A stretch of DNA of 63,724 nucleotides, counting the filler, from Octopus bimaculoides (lineage: Eukaryota): assembly GCF_001194135.2 (NCBI RefSeq). It is 9 parts of 6 records of this genome, joined end to end, with 100 filler letters (N's around TTAATTAATTAA, not from the genome) between each part and the next. Parts side by side here need not be neighbours in the genome. Positions count along the whole stretch, not along the records: positions 1 to 15,498 come from NC_068984.1; 8 more parts are not named here. The stretch is one strand, 5' to 3'. Position 1 is the first letter of the stretch, and every line of letters starts with the position of its first letter. Both the position numbers and the translations under genes were made by a program. Of this stretch, positions 1 through 12,139 are shown one piece after another. Below the pieces are notes generated by a model that saw nothing but the letters and a program-made list of their open reading frames with translations, was not told the DNA's origin and ran no database searches.

Positions 1-1082
1 GTCACCTCACTCCAATTTTTCTCTATCTGGAGACCTGGCCCATACCAGACTCCAAGCAGCTTAACAGGACCTTCTGTCCAACGCCCCACAACATTATTGG
101 ACGGCATCGGCTTGCCCCTCCAGGTGCCGAGTTGCAAACCGATCGACTTGTCCTTGTTAACCTTTGCTCCTGCCACCGTCTCGTAACTTTTGATAGCCTC
201 TTCCACCACTGGAAACTGGCCCTCATCCGTCACGCTGATGGTGATGTCATCCGCATACGTCGTAGCTCCTCTTCCACACCATAGATCATGCGGTGCGCCC
301 CCTATTGCCTCCAACTTCCGCAGCGATGGCTCGAGGGCCAACGCATGCAAAAACGGAGACGGGACACCCCTGCCGCACTGAGCGTTCGATCCTGAATGGC
401 TTCGAAAGGAAACTGTTCATTTTTACGACAGACTCGATGTTGCTGTACAACGCAGCAGTCCAACCGTGGAAGGTCGGGCCCAGGCCAGCCTTCCCGAGGA
501 CCGCCACCAAGTACCGATGGTCGACCCTATCGAAAGCCTTAGACTGGTCTAAATGTACCAGTGCCCCCCCCCCCTGCGCAAGAAAGTTATTNNNNNNNNN
601 NCGACCCTATCGAAAGCCTTAGACTGGTCTAAATGTACCAGTGCCCCCCCCCCCTGCGCAAGAAAGTTATTCCACCCTCTCTAAGGAGTAGCATATAAGG
701 TGGAGATTGTCATGGATCGTCCTGCCCGTGATAGCGCATGTTTGCGCTTCCCTGACAAGTCCGTCCACGACCCGCACCAACCTTTTCGCTAGCACCTTGG
801 CCAAAATCTTTAACTCTGTGTTCAGCAGAGTTATGGGCCTGAAGTTCCCTATTTCGTCCCCCTTGCTCGGGTCCTTCCTGATCAACGTCACCACCCCTCA
901 GCTCGCAGACTCGGGAATTCTCCTGTTCTGCTGCCAATTGGCGTAGACGCTGGCCAGCAGGTGCCCGAACAAGTCTGGCATACTTTTGTAGAATTCGTAA
1001 GGCAGACCATCGAGACCCGGCGACTTCTCCCCGGGGCATTTGCCCAGTACCTCAATCACCTCCTCGGCCATAATTGGCCCCT
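1..1082 (-). mobile_element. L1/Tx1-like non-LTR retrotransposon RT fragment, frameshifted and 5'-truncated
   Basis: Minus-strand RT motifs FRPITLLNTELKILAKVLAKRL (667-894), DQSKAFDRVDH, RSVRQGCP and YADDITI, broken by stops and frameshifts; continues off the left edge. Confidence 0.9.
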
Positions 1083-2039
1083 CACAGCACTCAGCTTCTC
1101 ATGCCTACCACACAGCCACTCCTATGCCTATATGTATAAGTTTCAGAAGATATTAGAATAATGGAATAAAAGTCAGTCATAATAAGAGACTCCCAAAAAT
1201 CTATTTCCTTAATTTTCAACTACTGTTTCTGGCACACACATTTACACAATTTTGATTTTGAAGAATTTAAAAAATTATTTGGAAATTATAAAGAGAAACA
1301 AATGGTAGATTTGGACTGTCTGTATTTTAAAACCACGAATTCAAAAAAAATTTTGTGTCAGATTTTTTCTCCAGAAGTTCATGGCTTCATAGGAAGAAGC
1401 ATGGAAAACTGCATCAAGATAACTAATTTTCAGATTTTTTACTTACTTATAAAAAATGTAGATTTTGTAAATGAAACAAACTAGATCCTAAATAAGAAAT
1501 GAATGTTTTAATATGACAAATTTTCAGATTTTTTTACATCATTTTAAAAGTGGGATGATTTTGTGACTCAAACTAACTAGATTCAAGTACAGTGAATACC
1601 ATCCTCCACAATTTGCTACTCATATGAAGTACATTGTACTTCAACAATTTCTATCAGATACACTCTCTTTCTTGAGCATAAAAAATCCTCTTTCCAGGTG
1701 ACAATAACTTATATGTCAGATTGTTGCACAAGTTTTAGTTGCTTTGATAAGGGAAATCAGAAAGGTTTGAAATGATTTCATTGGCATTTACTTGTACCAA
1801 AGAGCACTCTTGTGATAGACAACATGTTGATATCATAAGTGTTGCGTTGTGGAAATAAACAAAATTACCAAACTTTCATTCATAAGACCATTTATCATTT
1901 GCTTTTTTTGAGGTTTTTTTTTCATTTCAGTTAGTACATTTGTACTCCCAGTTGCATACGAGCACATATGTAAAATGACGTCCTTTATTTTTTAATCATT
2001 ATCTGCTGATATCAAAATAAATAGTATATTGAAAAATGA

Positions 2040-2117
2040 AAATATTTTCTAGGGGGCCATTTGTGACTCCAAGGGTCAAAAGGGGGCCTTTGGCCAAAAT
2101 GGGTTGAGAACCTTTGC
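2040..2117. mobile_element. hAT/Charlie-type MITE right end (partial)
   Basis: GGGTTGAGAACC terminus resembles the ends of the hAT MITEs at 24448 and 33191; left end not found. Confidence 0.4.
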
Positions 2118-2319
2118 TCTAACTCTCTGTCCTCTCCCTGTCCTACTGTGGTAGCCAAGTATCCCCTCTATAGTAAGACAACTATCTCTGTCCCTCTATT
2201 ATATACTCTAACCTTTCACCTGGCTCAACAGTTACTCTCCTCAGTTCCACCCCCTCCCTTAGCAGAGAGATCTTTGTCTTGCAAGCTACTTGACAACCCT
2301 GCTAGTGCCATGTAAAAAA

Positions 2320-2480
2320 AAAACACCCAGTACACTCTGTAAAGCGGTTGGCATTAAGAACAGCATCCAGCTGTAGAAGCCATGCCAAAACAGACAAATG
2401 CAGCCTGATTTGCCAACTCCTGTCAAACCATCAAACCCATGCCAGCATGGAAAACAAACGTTAAGTGGTGATGATGAGTT
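2320..2480 (+). mobile_element. RTE LINE 3' end ending in (GAT)n
   Basis: cacccagtacactctg...ggcattaag..gcatccagctgtag...aacccatgccagcatggaaa...gatgatg; the same tail is contiguous with RTE ORF at 12140-12930. Confidence 0.8.
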
Positions 2481-2529
2481 TAACCTGACAGCTGTCTTAA
2501 GAGCAGCCAGTTTCAGTCTTGTTTTGATA

Positions 2530-3250
2530 AAATGTCCAGGCTCATCTCTTTGGCAGTCAAACTAAATGACCAGAACTTGGAGTTATTTTATATCATGCAC
2601 TCAGTTCATCAAGAATGCTTCCTCTCCTCCTCAATGTATGTTTTGGAACTGGAGCTATTGTTGTTGAAGTTGAAAACTTTGAGAAACAACCTAAGAGAAC
2701 CATATCTGTATATGAAGCTGACATTACTCTCATGATTTTGGATACTTCAGAAATTGAAGCGATTGCTGTCATTTTGAGAGAGTATCAAGTGTTCATGGTG
2801 GCACACATCATCTGGACTGAGTTGGTAGGCTTGCAACTCAGCACCTGGTAAATTCATGCTGGCCAGCAACCACTTCTATCACTGGACAGAAGGTTTTGGT
2901 AAGAAATTCAGGGTCTGGTTCAGACTGAACATCTGGGAGGAGAAAAACTGGGAAGTGGTTGTGAGTTGGGTGGGAAGTCTTACTCTGAGTTAGGTTGAGG
3001 GTAAGCTGTCCTTGAAAGGCTGGCAAAAATGGCTAATATGCATTAGCCATTTTTGCCAATTTTTATATGACTACTATATCTTATTCGAAGAAACACCTGA
3101 CTAGATTGAAGTTTATGCTCTTTTACTTTGTGTGGAAGGGACAATTTCTACCATTTTGAAGAGCCGTCTGCTTCCAATATACACTCTGCTTGAAATGCAG
3201 AGACTGATCATGTACTGACATACTCAATCTCCTGTTGAGATTTTTGGATC
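2530..3250 (+). mobile_element. Heavily decayed copy of the same Tx1-like LINE
   Basis: IMHSVHQECFLSSSMYVLELE resembles IERSVRQGCPLSPLLYVLALE; LVGLQLSTW..HWTEG..VWF...EKNW parallels the 1-200 copy; LFYFVWKG. Confidence 0.65.
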
Positions 3251-3580
3251 AATATAAACCAAAATTGGAGTTTGGCATCTGGAATGTTGCCAGGCATTCA
3301 CTTACTCTCTATCGGTTAGGCAACATGGTCAGGAGAAAGTTAACTCTTCTGGGTGGGTTAATAGAGTGACAATGGCCTGGGCATGATTCTGAGCATTAGT
3401 GTAGGCAGTCTGAGAAGTATCTTCTGGAAGACTTGGGGGGAAATTATGAACATTTTCTCCAAGTTCTTGGTGTGACAGGTACTTTGCCTGTTCAGGATAA
3501 GTTCTGCTAGCACAGAAGTACTTGACAGAAGCCTGCTAGCAAGGGAAGGTAAGCTAGTTTTCATCTGCCTGGTTGCAAAG

Positions 3581-3611
<31 letters not shown>

Positions 3612-5073
3612 TGTGTGTGTGTGGTGAATATAGCTAAGTGTTAAGGATAATGTGTTTCCTGTCCAGTCAAGTATCAACTAAAGAAGAAAATGAGTGGAGA
3701 GAGAGACACTGCCTTCCAGTGTGTTTTATGAAAGATAGGTAAGAACAGCAAGCTTATGTGGCTGTAAACAGAAGGTAAGTAACTGGGAGATGACTCTGTT
3801 GAAACTTTTTATGTAATAGAGTAATCAGGGAATTTGTATGAACCTATTTTTGTTTATAATTTATTATCTCATTTTTGTTGATTTTGCCTTCTTTTTATTT
3901 GATGCAAAACCTTTCATCCTTGTATTATTCTTAATTTCTTAAAACCTTGTGTGAATAAAGATATCATTCTTCTCCTCCTTGTCATTATCATCATCACCAT
4001 CATTTCATTAATATCTGCAATATTATATTACACTTTAAAGAACTCACTAAAATTTTTGACTGGAATATCCAGTAATGTCTGAATGTTATAAATGAATATT
4101 CAAGATAATTTGTCATTTGGTCACTATTGAGAGCTTCAGTTCGAACCATACTATCTGCTGTAATTTGTTTTAGACGAGATATATTAATTTTAATGCTTCA
4201 TCTGATCTAACAAAAATGTACAACATTCCCATTTAATGGTTGAATGGTTGTGTAGCTCTGCTACTTGGGTCACCATTTTATAGTGGCTGTTGTTGGCTGT
4301 TCAAGTGCATGTTATTAAATGGAAAAACAGTTAGTATGAATCACCATAAGACATTTTTGTGTATGAATATATTGTTTATTCTGTGTTCACCTTTTGTGGT
4401 GGAAGCATGTAGTATGATACAAAAACATGTGTTTACATACAAAAACAGTTTAGATTTTTACTTTTGCACTAAAAGAAGTAACATAAAATAATTGTATTAC
4501 AGTATGTATGGATGTGTGTAAAGAGAACAGTCATTTTGAGAATGTTTGTGTGATAAAATATCTTTGTTTATGAATCATATATCTTGTGTTGAGGTGAATA
4601 GACATGTGAGTCGCATGTGGGAGATTGCGCATGGAGCTGCAGAGAAGACATTTACATTTGTCTTTGACCGAAACCTGGCAGGAATGAGAGTTTCTGCCGT
4701 GTAGCTCAGAACGAAGCTAGTGTCTCAGAACAAGTCTACTGTATCAAAGTGAGGCTAGTGTATCAAAACAAGACTAGATGCCTCCTCGATATATTTGTCT
4801 GCTGTGCAGGTTGACTCACATATTACTATGTAAGATGTAGCTCTGCTTCAGTTGTGTTTAGGAGGACCACTTTCCTGAAAGTATATAATCTAACAGTTCA
4901 TGCAAATCTTTGAGGAATTTCTTGTTCCATCTTTGCTAAAAATGAACCATACAATATGAAGAAAATAAAATAACTCAGGTCATGTTCTATCTTCTGTTTT
5001 ATTGTTGTTTATATTGGTGTTATTGCTGAAATTGTGGTTGCTAACGAACGTTTCCTTCAATTCTCTATTTTAG

Positions 5074-5170
5074 AGTGTTAGAGAATTCAAGTGACATGGC
5101 AACTACACTGATTGGTACTCCATATTATATGAGTCCTGAACTTTTTTCTAGTAAACCCTACAATCAAAAG
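5074..5170 (+). CDS. NEK4: NIMA-related kinase exon (activation segment)
   Basis: tag|A GTG TTA...AAG|gt; encodes (R)VLENSSDMATTLIGTPYYMSPELFSSKPYNQK; phase 2 in, phase 0 out; upstream exons not found in the window. Confidence 0.9.
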
Positions 5171-5344
5171 GTTGGTGATATGTGTATAGTATTGCTTGAA
5201 AAAGAAAAACAAACTTTTTAACTTGACTCAGCACCATCATGCTAATCCCATTTGTTACCTGCACTATCTCTCTGTGTCTCTGTCTGTCTGTCCATGTGTG
5301 TGTGTGTGCATGTTTTGTTGTGAGTCAAATATGTTTTACAAATA

Positions 5345-6960
5345 TTTGTAGGATGTAGAAACTTTTTGAAGCAGTTTTTAGATGAATAATGTTAGTATCA
5401 TTAATGTTAGTGACAGTAATGTCCGTGTCAGGAATGTTAGTGTTACCAACACTAACATAGTAGTTAGCAAGTAATGTTAATGTCAATAATGTTACTTCAG
5501 TAAAGTTATTATAGGTAAAATTATATTTCAGTAATGTTATTGTCAGAATTGTTGGCATGATTAATGGTGATGGCAGTAATGTCAGTATCTGTAATATTCA
5601 TGTAGTAATGTTAGTGTAAGTAATATTAGAATCGAATCCTACAAAGGCCAATTTTACCTTTCATCTTTTCTGCGTCAACAAAAGTACCAGTCAAGTACTA
5701 GGGTTGATATAATTGAATAACATCCTCCAATAAAATTGCTAGCCTTGTGCCAAGATGTAAGAGAATATTTGAATCAATAGTTATAGTCTCAGTAATTTTT
5801 GTGTTTATAATTTTAGTGTCAGTAATTTCAATGTTAGTAATGCTAGTATAAGTAATGTTAATGTTAGTAATGTTTGTGTCAGTATTGTTAGTGTCATTAA
5901 TGTTTATTTAAATATAGTATCAGTAATGATAGTATCAACATTAGTTGTATCATTAATGTTAGTATCAGTAATGTTAATGTTAGAAATATTAGTGCGCATA
6001 ATGTTAGTAACATTTGTTTCATAAATGTTAGTGTCAGTAATGTGAGTGAGTAATGTTAGTTTAAGCAATATTAGTGTCACTAATTTTAGTATCAGTAATG
6101 TTAGAATCATTAAAGTTATTGTCAATGTTAGTGTTAGAATGATACTGTTTAGTATTTGTAATGTTAAAATAAGTATTGTTAGGGTCAGTAACATTAGTAC
6201 CAGTAATGTTATTGACAATGATGTCACTGCTCATAATGCTGGAATCAGTTGTCTTAGCATCAAAAATGCTAGTGTAAGAATGTTAGCAACAGTAATGTTA
6301 GTATGAGTGATGTTAATATCAGTAATGTTAGGGTTTACGTTAATGTTATTGTCAATAATGTGAGTGTTACTAATATTTATGCCAGTAATATTAGTAATAT
6401 CAGTGTCAGGAATATTAATGTGATGAATATTACATTAGTGACTGTAATGTTGTTATCACTTACTTTAAGATCAGTAATGTTTGTGTTAGCATCAGTGTTG
6501 TTAGTATCTGTAATGTTAGTGTTGGCAGTGTTAGAATTAGTATTGTTAGTGTCACTAATGTTAATGACAGGAATGTCAGTGTCAGTAACATTAGTTAGAA
6601 ATGTTAGGATGGGTAATGTTAGTATCTGTAATGCAGTTAAATTAATGTCACTAATTTTAGTGTTAATGTTTATGTCAGTAATGTTAGTATTATTTTTGTA
6701 AACATCAATGATATTTGTATGAGTAATGTTACTATCAGAAATTTTAGTGTCAGTGATGTTGGTATCAGTAATGTTAATATCTGTATTTATAGTGTTACTA
6801 ATATTAGTGTGAGTAATTCTAATGTTAGAATTGTCAGTATCATTAGTGTTCTTAATGTTAGCATCACTAATTAGTGCCACTAATGTTGGTGTAAGTAATG
6901 TTAGTATCAGTGACAGGGTTGCCAATTTAGCATATTTTATGCTAGATCTAGCATTTTTTT
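5345..6960. repeat. Degenerate AGTAAT/AGTGTC/AGTATC minisatellite (about 15-nt unit agtaatgttagtatc), intronic
   Basis: Very many agtaatgtt/agtatc/agtgtc words; minus strand translates as TNITDTNI-like repeats; satellite patches also at 7860-8110, 8335-8460 and 9130-9200. Confidence 0.85.
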
Positions 6961-8119
6961 CAGCATTTAGCAGAAAATTTTTGAATCTAGCATATAGCAG
7001 GTTTAAAATTTTATCTAGCATTTTTCTCTGATCATGATATTTCCACAGTAGTTACCCTTTTTTCTTCTTTTTCCTCCTTTTCTACTTTTGTTAATGTATC
7101 TTATAGCCAAATTTTAGTACTATGAGCTATTGTTGAATTTTTCTTTCACTTTCTTGAAGCTTCAAATGAAAGTTTATCAAAAGGAAGTTTATCAAGTTAT
7201 GAACTTTTCTAGCCCCCCCCCCCCCGACTTGGATACAGAGTGGTGCCGGTGGAGGAGGTGGGGAAGATAACTCATGTCAGCACCTGAACTCACTACACAA
7301 TAATATAAATATATTTACAAAGAATGAAAGCATGGAAATCGTCCTAACAATGCTTTATTCTGTAGTGATTAGTTTTTATCATGACAGATTGACTTTCAGT
7401 TTGACAAGTAGGCCTGTGTTTTTCATGCTTGTTTTGGATTATATATCTTGTATAGAAATACAGGGGTGGCAGGGGTCTCCACCTTTATATTTCTACTTAC
7501 TTTTTTTTTTTCAAGTATTGTAGTTATATCTGTGGTTTTACCAATAGATATTGAATGTAAGATTGGAAGTGAAATATGATGTTTCCAGGTTTATATCAGA
7601 ACACAGTTTTGAGATTTCTGCAGATTTTACTGTTCCATTTATAAGTTGGCCACCCTGCATCTTGAATCAGTATTCTTCACCTCAAGACCTAGGCACTGCA
7701 GCTGAAAGTGATCAAATCAGTGAAATTCAAGAAATTGTTTTTCAATGCTGAATATAATTAAAGAAAGTAAATAAAAATTAAGCTTTTTGATATAATTAAT
7801 CATATTTAGCATTTTTTCTACTGAAATTTAGCATAAAATTCTGATTTTAAGTTGAAAACACTGATTTTAAGTTGGCAACACTAATTTTACTTACAATGAA
7901 CATCATTGTAAGTAAAATTAGTATGTGTAATGTTATTTTACATAATGTTAGTGTTAGTAATTTCAGTAATTTTATTGTGTATAGTGTTAGAAGCAGTTAT
8001 GTTAATATCAATAATTTTAGTATCAGTAATATAAGTGTCAGCAATGTTAACATCACTAATGTCAGTATCACTTATGCTAATATTTGTAATGTTAGCATCA
8101 ATAATATTTTTGTCTTTAT

Positions 8120-8334
8120 CCCTTTAGCATTTAATCTGGCCATATCCTTCCCAAATTTTCTACTTGCTTTGTTCAAACCAACTAGATTTGGTCTCTCACA
8201 CCTACCTTACAATGTCATTCTAAAAATAAACAATCACATCATTGAAATCTCAAAGCTAGGAGAATAATGATTAATTCAAAATGATGTGAATATATAAGCA
8301 TTACCTTTGACAGAGTAATCTGAATGCCAAAGGG
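8120..8334. mobile_element. piggyBac-type MITE (about 215 bp)
   Basis: Termini ccctttagcatt / aatgccaaaggg; sister copies end in GGG|TTAA at 45778 and (partial) about 61690. Confidence 0.7.
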
Positions 8335-8459
8335 GTATTATTAGTGTCAATAATGTTAATGTCAGTAATGTCAGTGTCTATAATGCTACTATCAGAATGG
8401 TTACTTTGAGTAATGTTATTGCCAATAATATTAGTGTCACTAATGCTAGTGTCAGTAAT

Positions 8460-8677
8460 ATTGATTTCAAATTTTGGTACAAGGCTAGCAATTTTGGGGG
8501 AGTGAGTAAGTAAAATTACATTGACTCCGGTACTCAACTGGTACTTATTTCATCAACCCAGAAAAGATGAAAGGCAAAGTCGACCTTGGTGGAATTTGAA
8601 CTTAGAACATGAAGATGGATGAAATGCTGCTAAGCATTTCACCCAGCATGCTAATGATTCTGCAAGTTCACCATCTT
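8460..8677 (-). mobile_element. tRNA-derived SINE family A (head aaggcggcgagctggcagaatcgttagc)
   Basis: A-box and B-box (gagttcaaattcc)-like head; body gtcgactttgcctttcatcc...ataagtaccagt; further copies at about 19770-19980, 22810-22945, 29045-29250, 35750-35920, 35950-36085, 45905-46135 (minus) and 27258-27480, 30291-30505 (plus). Confidence 0.8.
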
Positions 8678-8714
8678 ACTAGCGTCAGTAATAGCATCAG
8701 TATAAGCATACTGA

Positions 8715-9104
8715 TGTGGAGGCGCAATGGCCCAGTGGTTAGGGCAGCGGACTTGCGATCATAGGATCGCGGTTTCGATTCCCAGACCGGACATTGTGAG
8801 TGTTTATTGAGCGAAAACACCTAAAGCTCCACGAGGCTCTGGCAGGGGATGGTGGCGAACCCTGCTGTACTCTTTCACCACAACTTTCTCTCACTCTTAC
8901 TTCCTGTTTCTGTTGTGCCTGTAATTCAAAGGGTCAGCCTTGTCACACTGTGTCACACTGAATATCCCCGAGAACTATGTTAAGGGTACACGTGTCTGTG
9001 GAGTGCTCAACCACTTGCATGTTAATTTCACGAGCAGGCTGTTCTGTTGATTGGATCAACTGGAATCCTCGACGTCGTAAGCGATGGAGTGCCAACAACA
9101 AAAA
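8715..9104 (+). mobile_element. tRNA-derived SINE family B, full length with TSD
   Basis: Head tggcccagtggttagggcagcgg...gtttcgattccc; tail ggagtgccaacaacaaa; 11-bp TSD aagca(t/c)actga at 8704-8714 and 9105-9115; partial copies at 44650-44830 and 58688-58735 (minus). Confidence 0.85.
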
Positions 9105-9861
9105 AAGCACACTGACACGTTGTTGCCTTTAATTTTAGTATTATTGTCAGTAATGTTCATAATGGTAGTGTTAGGATGAGTAATGATAGTATTAAATGTT
9201 TGTATCACTAAATCCGAAGAACTTGTGCAAATTTAAATAGAGCTTCACTATGGGTTAAATAAGAATTAAGAATGTAAACACATTCCTTCTATACTTTTGA
9301 TGCACTGAAAAAAGTAAGAGAATCTCCTGATGGACTATTTCACAGTTTCTTGACCACTTTCAAGGAAGATATACCCATCCTTCTTCCCTAATGACCAGTA
9401 CAGATCAGTTGCATTCAAAGTAATCATGAATCAAGCTAGCAGATTAGTGGATAGCCTAATTTGTATGTTTGTGCTTTTGACTGAACCTCATTAGAGCTTA
9501 AACTTCCTTGTGGGTTAAATAAAAAGAAGCACGTAAACACATACCTTCTATATTATTGATGTGCAGCAAAAAGGAAGTGGGATCTGCTATTAAACTGTTT
9601 CACAGTTTGTTAACTTGCAATGAGCAGTTTGAATGGCTATTTATTGCTTCAGCTGAATGCAGACTTTGTATTATGAAGAAAGAAAATGGACTATATATCA
9701 GCGAGAATATTAATGAGGTGGGATGAAGGTCATTAATTCTAGTAAATATTCTAAAAACCTATTCTTGTATCCATGCATGTATTTTAACCATGTAGTTGCA
9801 TACAGACAAACTGTTATTTAACTTCCATTTAATTTTTATATTTGTAATTTCTTTCTTGCAG

Positions 9862-9969
9862 TCTGATGTTTGGGCATTAGGCTGCTGTGTATACGAGATG
9901 ACTACATTACGACATGCCTTCAATGCAAGAGATATGAATTCTTTAGCTTTCAAGATTCTCAGTGGGAAG
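9862..9969 (+). CDS. NEK4: NEK4 exon (kinase subdomains IX-X)
   Basis: ttcttgcag|TCT...AAG|gtaata; SDVWALGCCVYEMTTLRHAFNARDMNSLAFKILSGK; 108 nt, phase 0/0. Confidence 0.95.
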
Positions 9970-10620
9970 GTAATATATATATATATATATATATATGGAT
10001 AAATAGATAGATAGATAGATAGATAGATAGACAGATAGATAGATCATCAGTGGATCATATATGGATGTGAAACTATTGGTCACTCTATGACCAGACATAT
10101 ATTTAACTTCATGTAAATGTATAAAAATATTTGTACTTCAGTTTTCACCCTTTGCATCAATTAGTCAATGACTTATCCTTCTCATAAAAGCAGTAAATTG
10201 GAACAATGGAACAAGTAAAGCATCAACCAAACATTTTATAGTATGCAGATTCCATTTACATTTGAGGTTAAATCTTATCAGTGAAATAGAGAGGTATCCT
10301 GAACTTTTGTCTGAACATGTGAGAAAAGATGTTGGATGTTGTGGCAGAAAAGCAGGTACAAAGAAAGGAGCATAGCAATACCAACAAACCAATGAAGTCA
10401 TACTGACGTGACCTTTGCAACAGAGAATATCACTTCTTTTTAGCCATAAATGATATTGTTTCTAAAAGATTAACACTATATCAAGGATGTTGCACTTGAT
10501 GGTCATGACCAAAGGGAGATAATAATAAAGTAAATACTTTACCATGAGCTCCAACATTCTCATGCACCACACATTACAACAACTCTTGTTTGTTAAATGA
10601 TGAATTATTTATTGTTATAG

Positions 10621-10778
10621 CTACCGCCAATGCCACAACTCTATAGCAGTGAATTAGTTCAGTTGATACAGAACATGCTTCACCAGGATCCAAGCAGGCG
10701 GCCATCTGTCAGCAGACTTCTTCGAATGAGTTATGTAAAAAAAAACATTGCCCTGTTCTTGGAAGAAACTCGTAAAAG
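10621..10778 (+). CDS. NEK4: NEK4 exon (end of kinase domain)
   Basis: ttatag|CTA...AAA AG|gtaaat; LPPMPQLYSSELVQLIQNMLHQDPSRRPSVSRLLRMSYVKKNIALFLEETRK; phase 0 in, phase 2 out. Confidence 0.92.
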
Positions 10779-11651
10779 GTAAATACCATCAAACAAACAA
10801 AGTTTGCATATTGATTTATTGTCAAAAAACAAGTAAATTTGTATGTAAAGTTGATGTTTACAGGCTTCTGTGATTCATTGGCTTCATTGACTTGCTTAAT
10901 CTTAAGATTTAATGTGTCATTTACACTGATGTCACCCTGTATTTCTTGCATACATGCTTGCTTGTTAATTCATTTTACCTTTAAACTGACTTGATTTAGA
11001 CAAATGAAAACATGATTGCACTGAAATAATAAAATGAAAATGACCAAATAAATATTATATTGGAGCACCTGCTCATGGGTCATGAATTTAAATTTTCTGA
11101 AGGCATTTCATTGAGTTTCTGGTAGAACTTGAATCTATATTGTCACAGCTTATTCGATTATCAGGAATAGAAACTAAATCATTTGAGAATAATGCTTATG
11201 ACAGTTTGATGTGTTATATGTACATAGGAAAATTTGTTTCTTGTCATCTTTGCATTGTGAAACCAGCTTTTTGAGTCCTAAGTGATATTTATGACTGTGA
11301 TACCAATTATAATGGTGGAGAGTAAAATACTGGTGGTTGAGAAGCTAGAAGTTCCATATACATGCCTGAATTTGGAGGAAAACCCAGTTCTGAAATCTGA
11401 CATTGAAAAGTTTCTGTCCTTTTTAAAGAAGGCTCATGCTTTAGCCTGTTATCACTAGAGTAGAAGTAGAAGATTTCTTTTTTTCACCTCTGATTGTATA
11501 CTGAAGCTGTATCAAGGTAGGTTGTGTGGCATAGTATGTTACATGCTAACGTTAAACTGTTTTATCAGTTTGTTGCTGTTGCCTTGTCTTTACTATCAAG
11601 CACTATATTACTAATATTCTGCATTAAAAATCATATTCTGTCTGTTTTCAG

Positions 11652-12120
11652 TCGTCGACCATTACCACCTACTCCAGATAAAACAGCTAAAGCAGTATCT
11701 TCCTTGCCATCTTCATCATCTTACTCAGCACATCCTCATTCACATAAGCAATACTGCAATCCATCTGTTGCTAAAAAGGACCAATTAGATGGTAGAGCAA
11801 ATCACTCTTCTGCTAAAGTTGTTCATCCTGATGTTGAATCTATAGAAATAGATTCACAGAATACTATGATCAATGATACTCTGCCTGTTCAAGTAATACA
11901 CAATAAGGAAATAGCTGCAAAAATAGAAAACGAAGCTGAAAATGAGTGTAGTAGTTCTTCACATACAAATTCAATATCTGAAGAGCATTCTTTATCACCA
12001 AATTCTAGTATTATCTCATTATCTTCATCAACTCAGTCCAGTTTAAATGAATGTGCCTCAGCAATGGAAGAAAGTGACTCAGGAACTCAAGACACAGTTA
12101 TTAAAAATACTGTTATTCAG
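11652..12120 (+). CDS. NEK4: NEK4 exon (Ser-rich disordered tail)
   Basis: ttttcag|T CGT CGA...CAG|gttagt; 469 nt open and phase-compatible with the previous exon; RRPLPPTPDK...DTVIKNTVIQ. Confidence 0.85.
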
Positions 12121-12139
12121 GTTAGTAAATACTTCAACT

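Noticed and set aside
524-670. About 68-bp direct repeat on both sides of an 11-N gap within the LINE
   Set aside because: Identical sequence flanking a tiny gap is the signature of an unmerged contig overlap, not biology
3560-4860. LTR-like appearance (AATAAA, short internal repeats)
   Set aside because: No paired LTR, PBS or PPT identified
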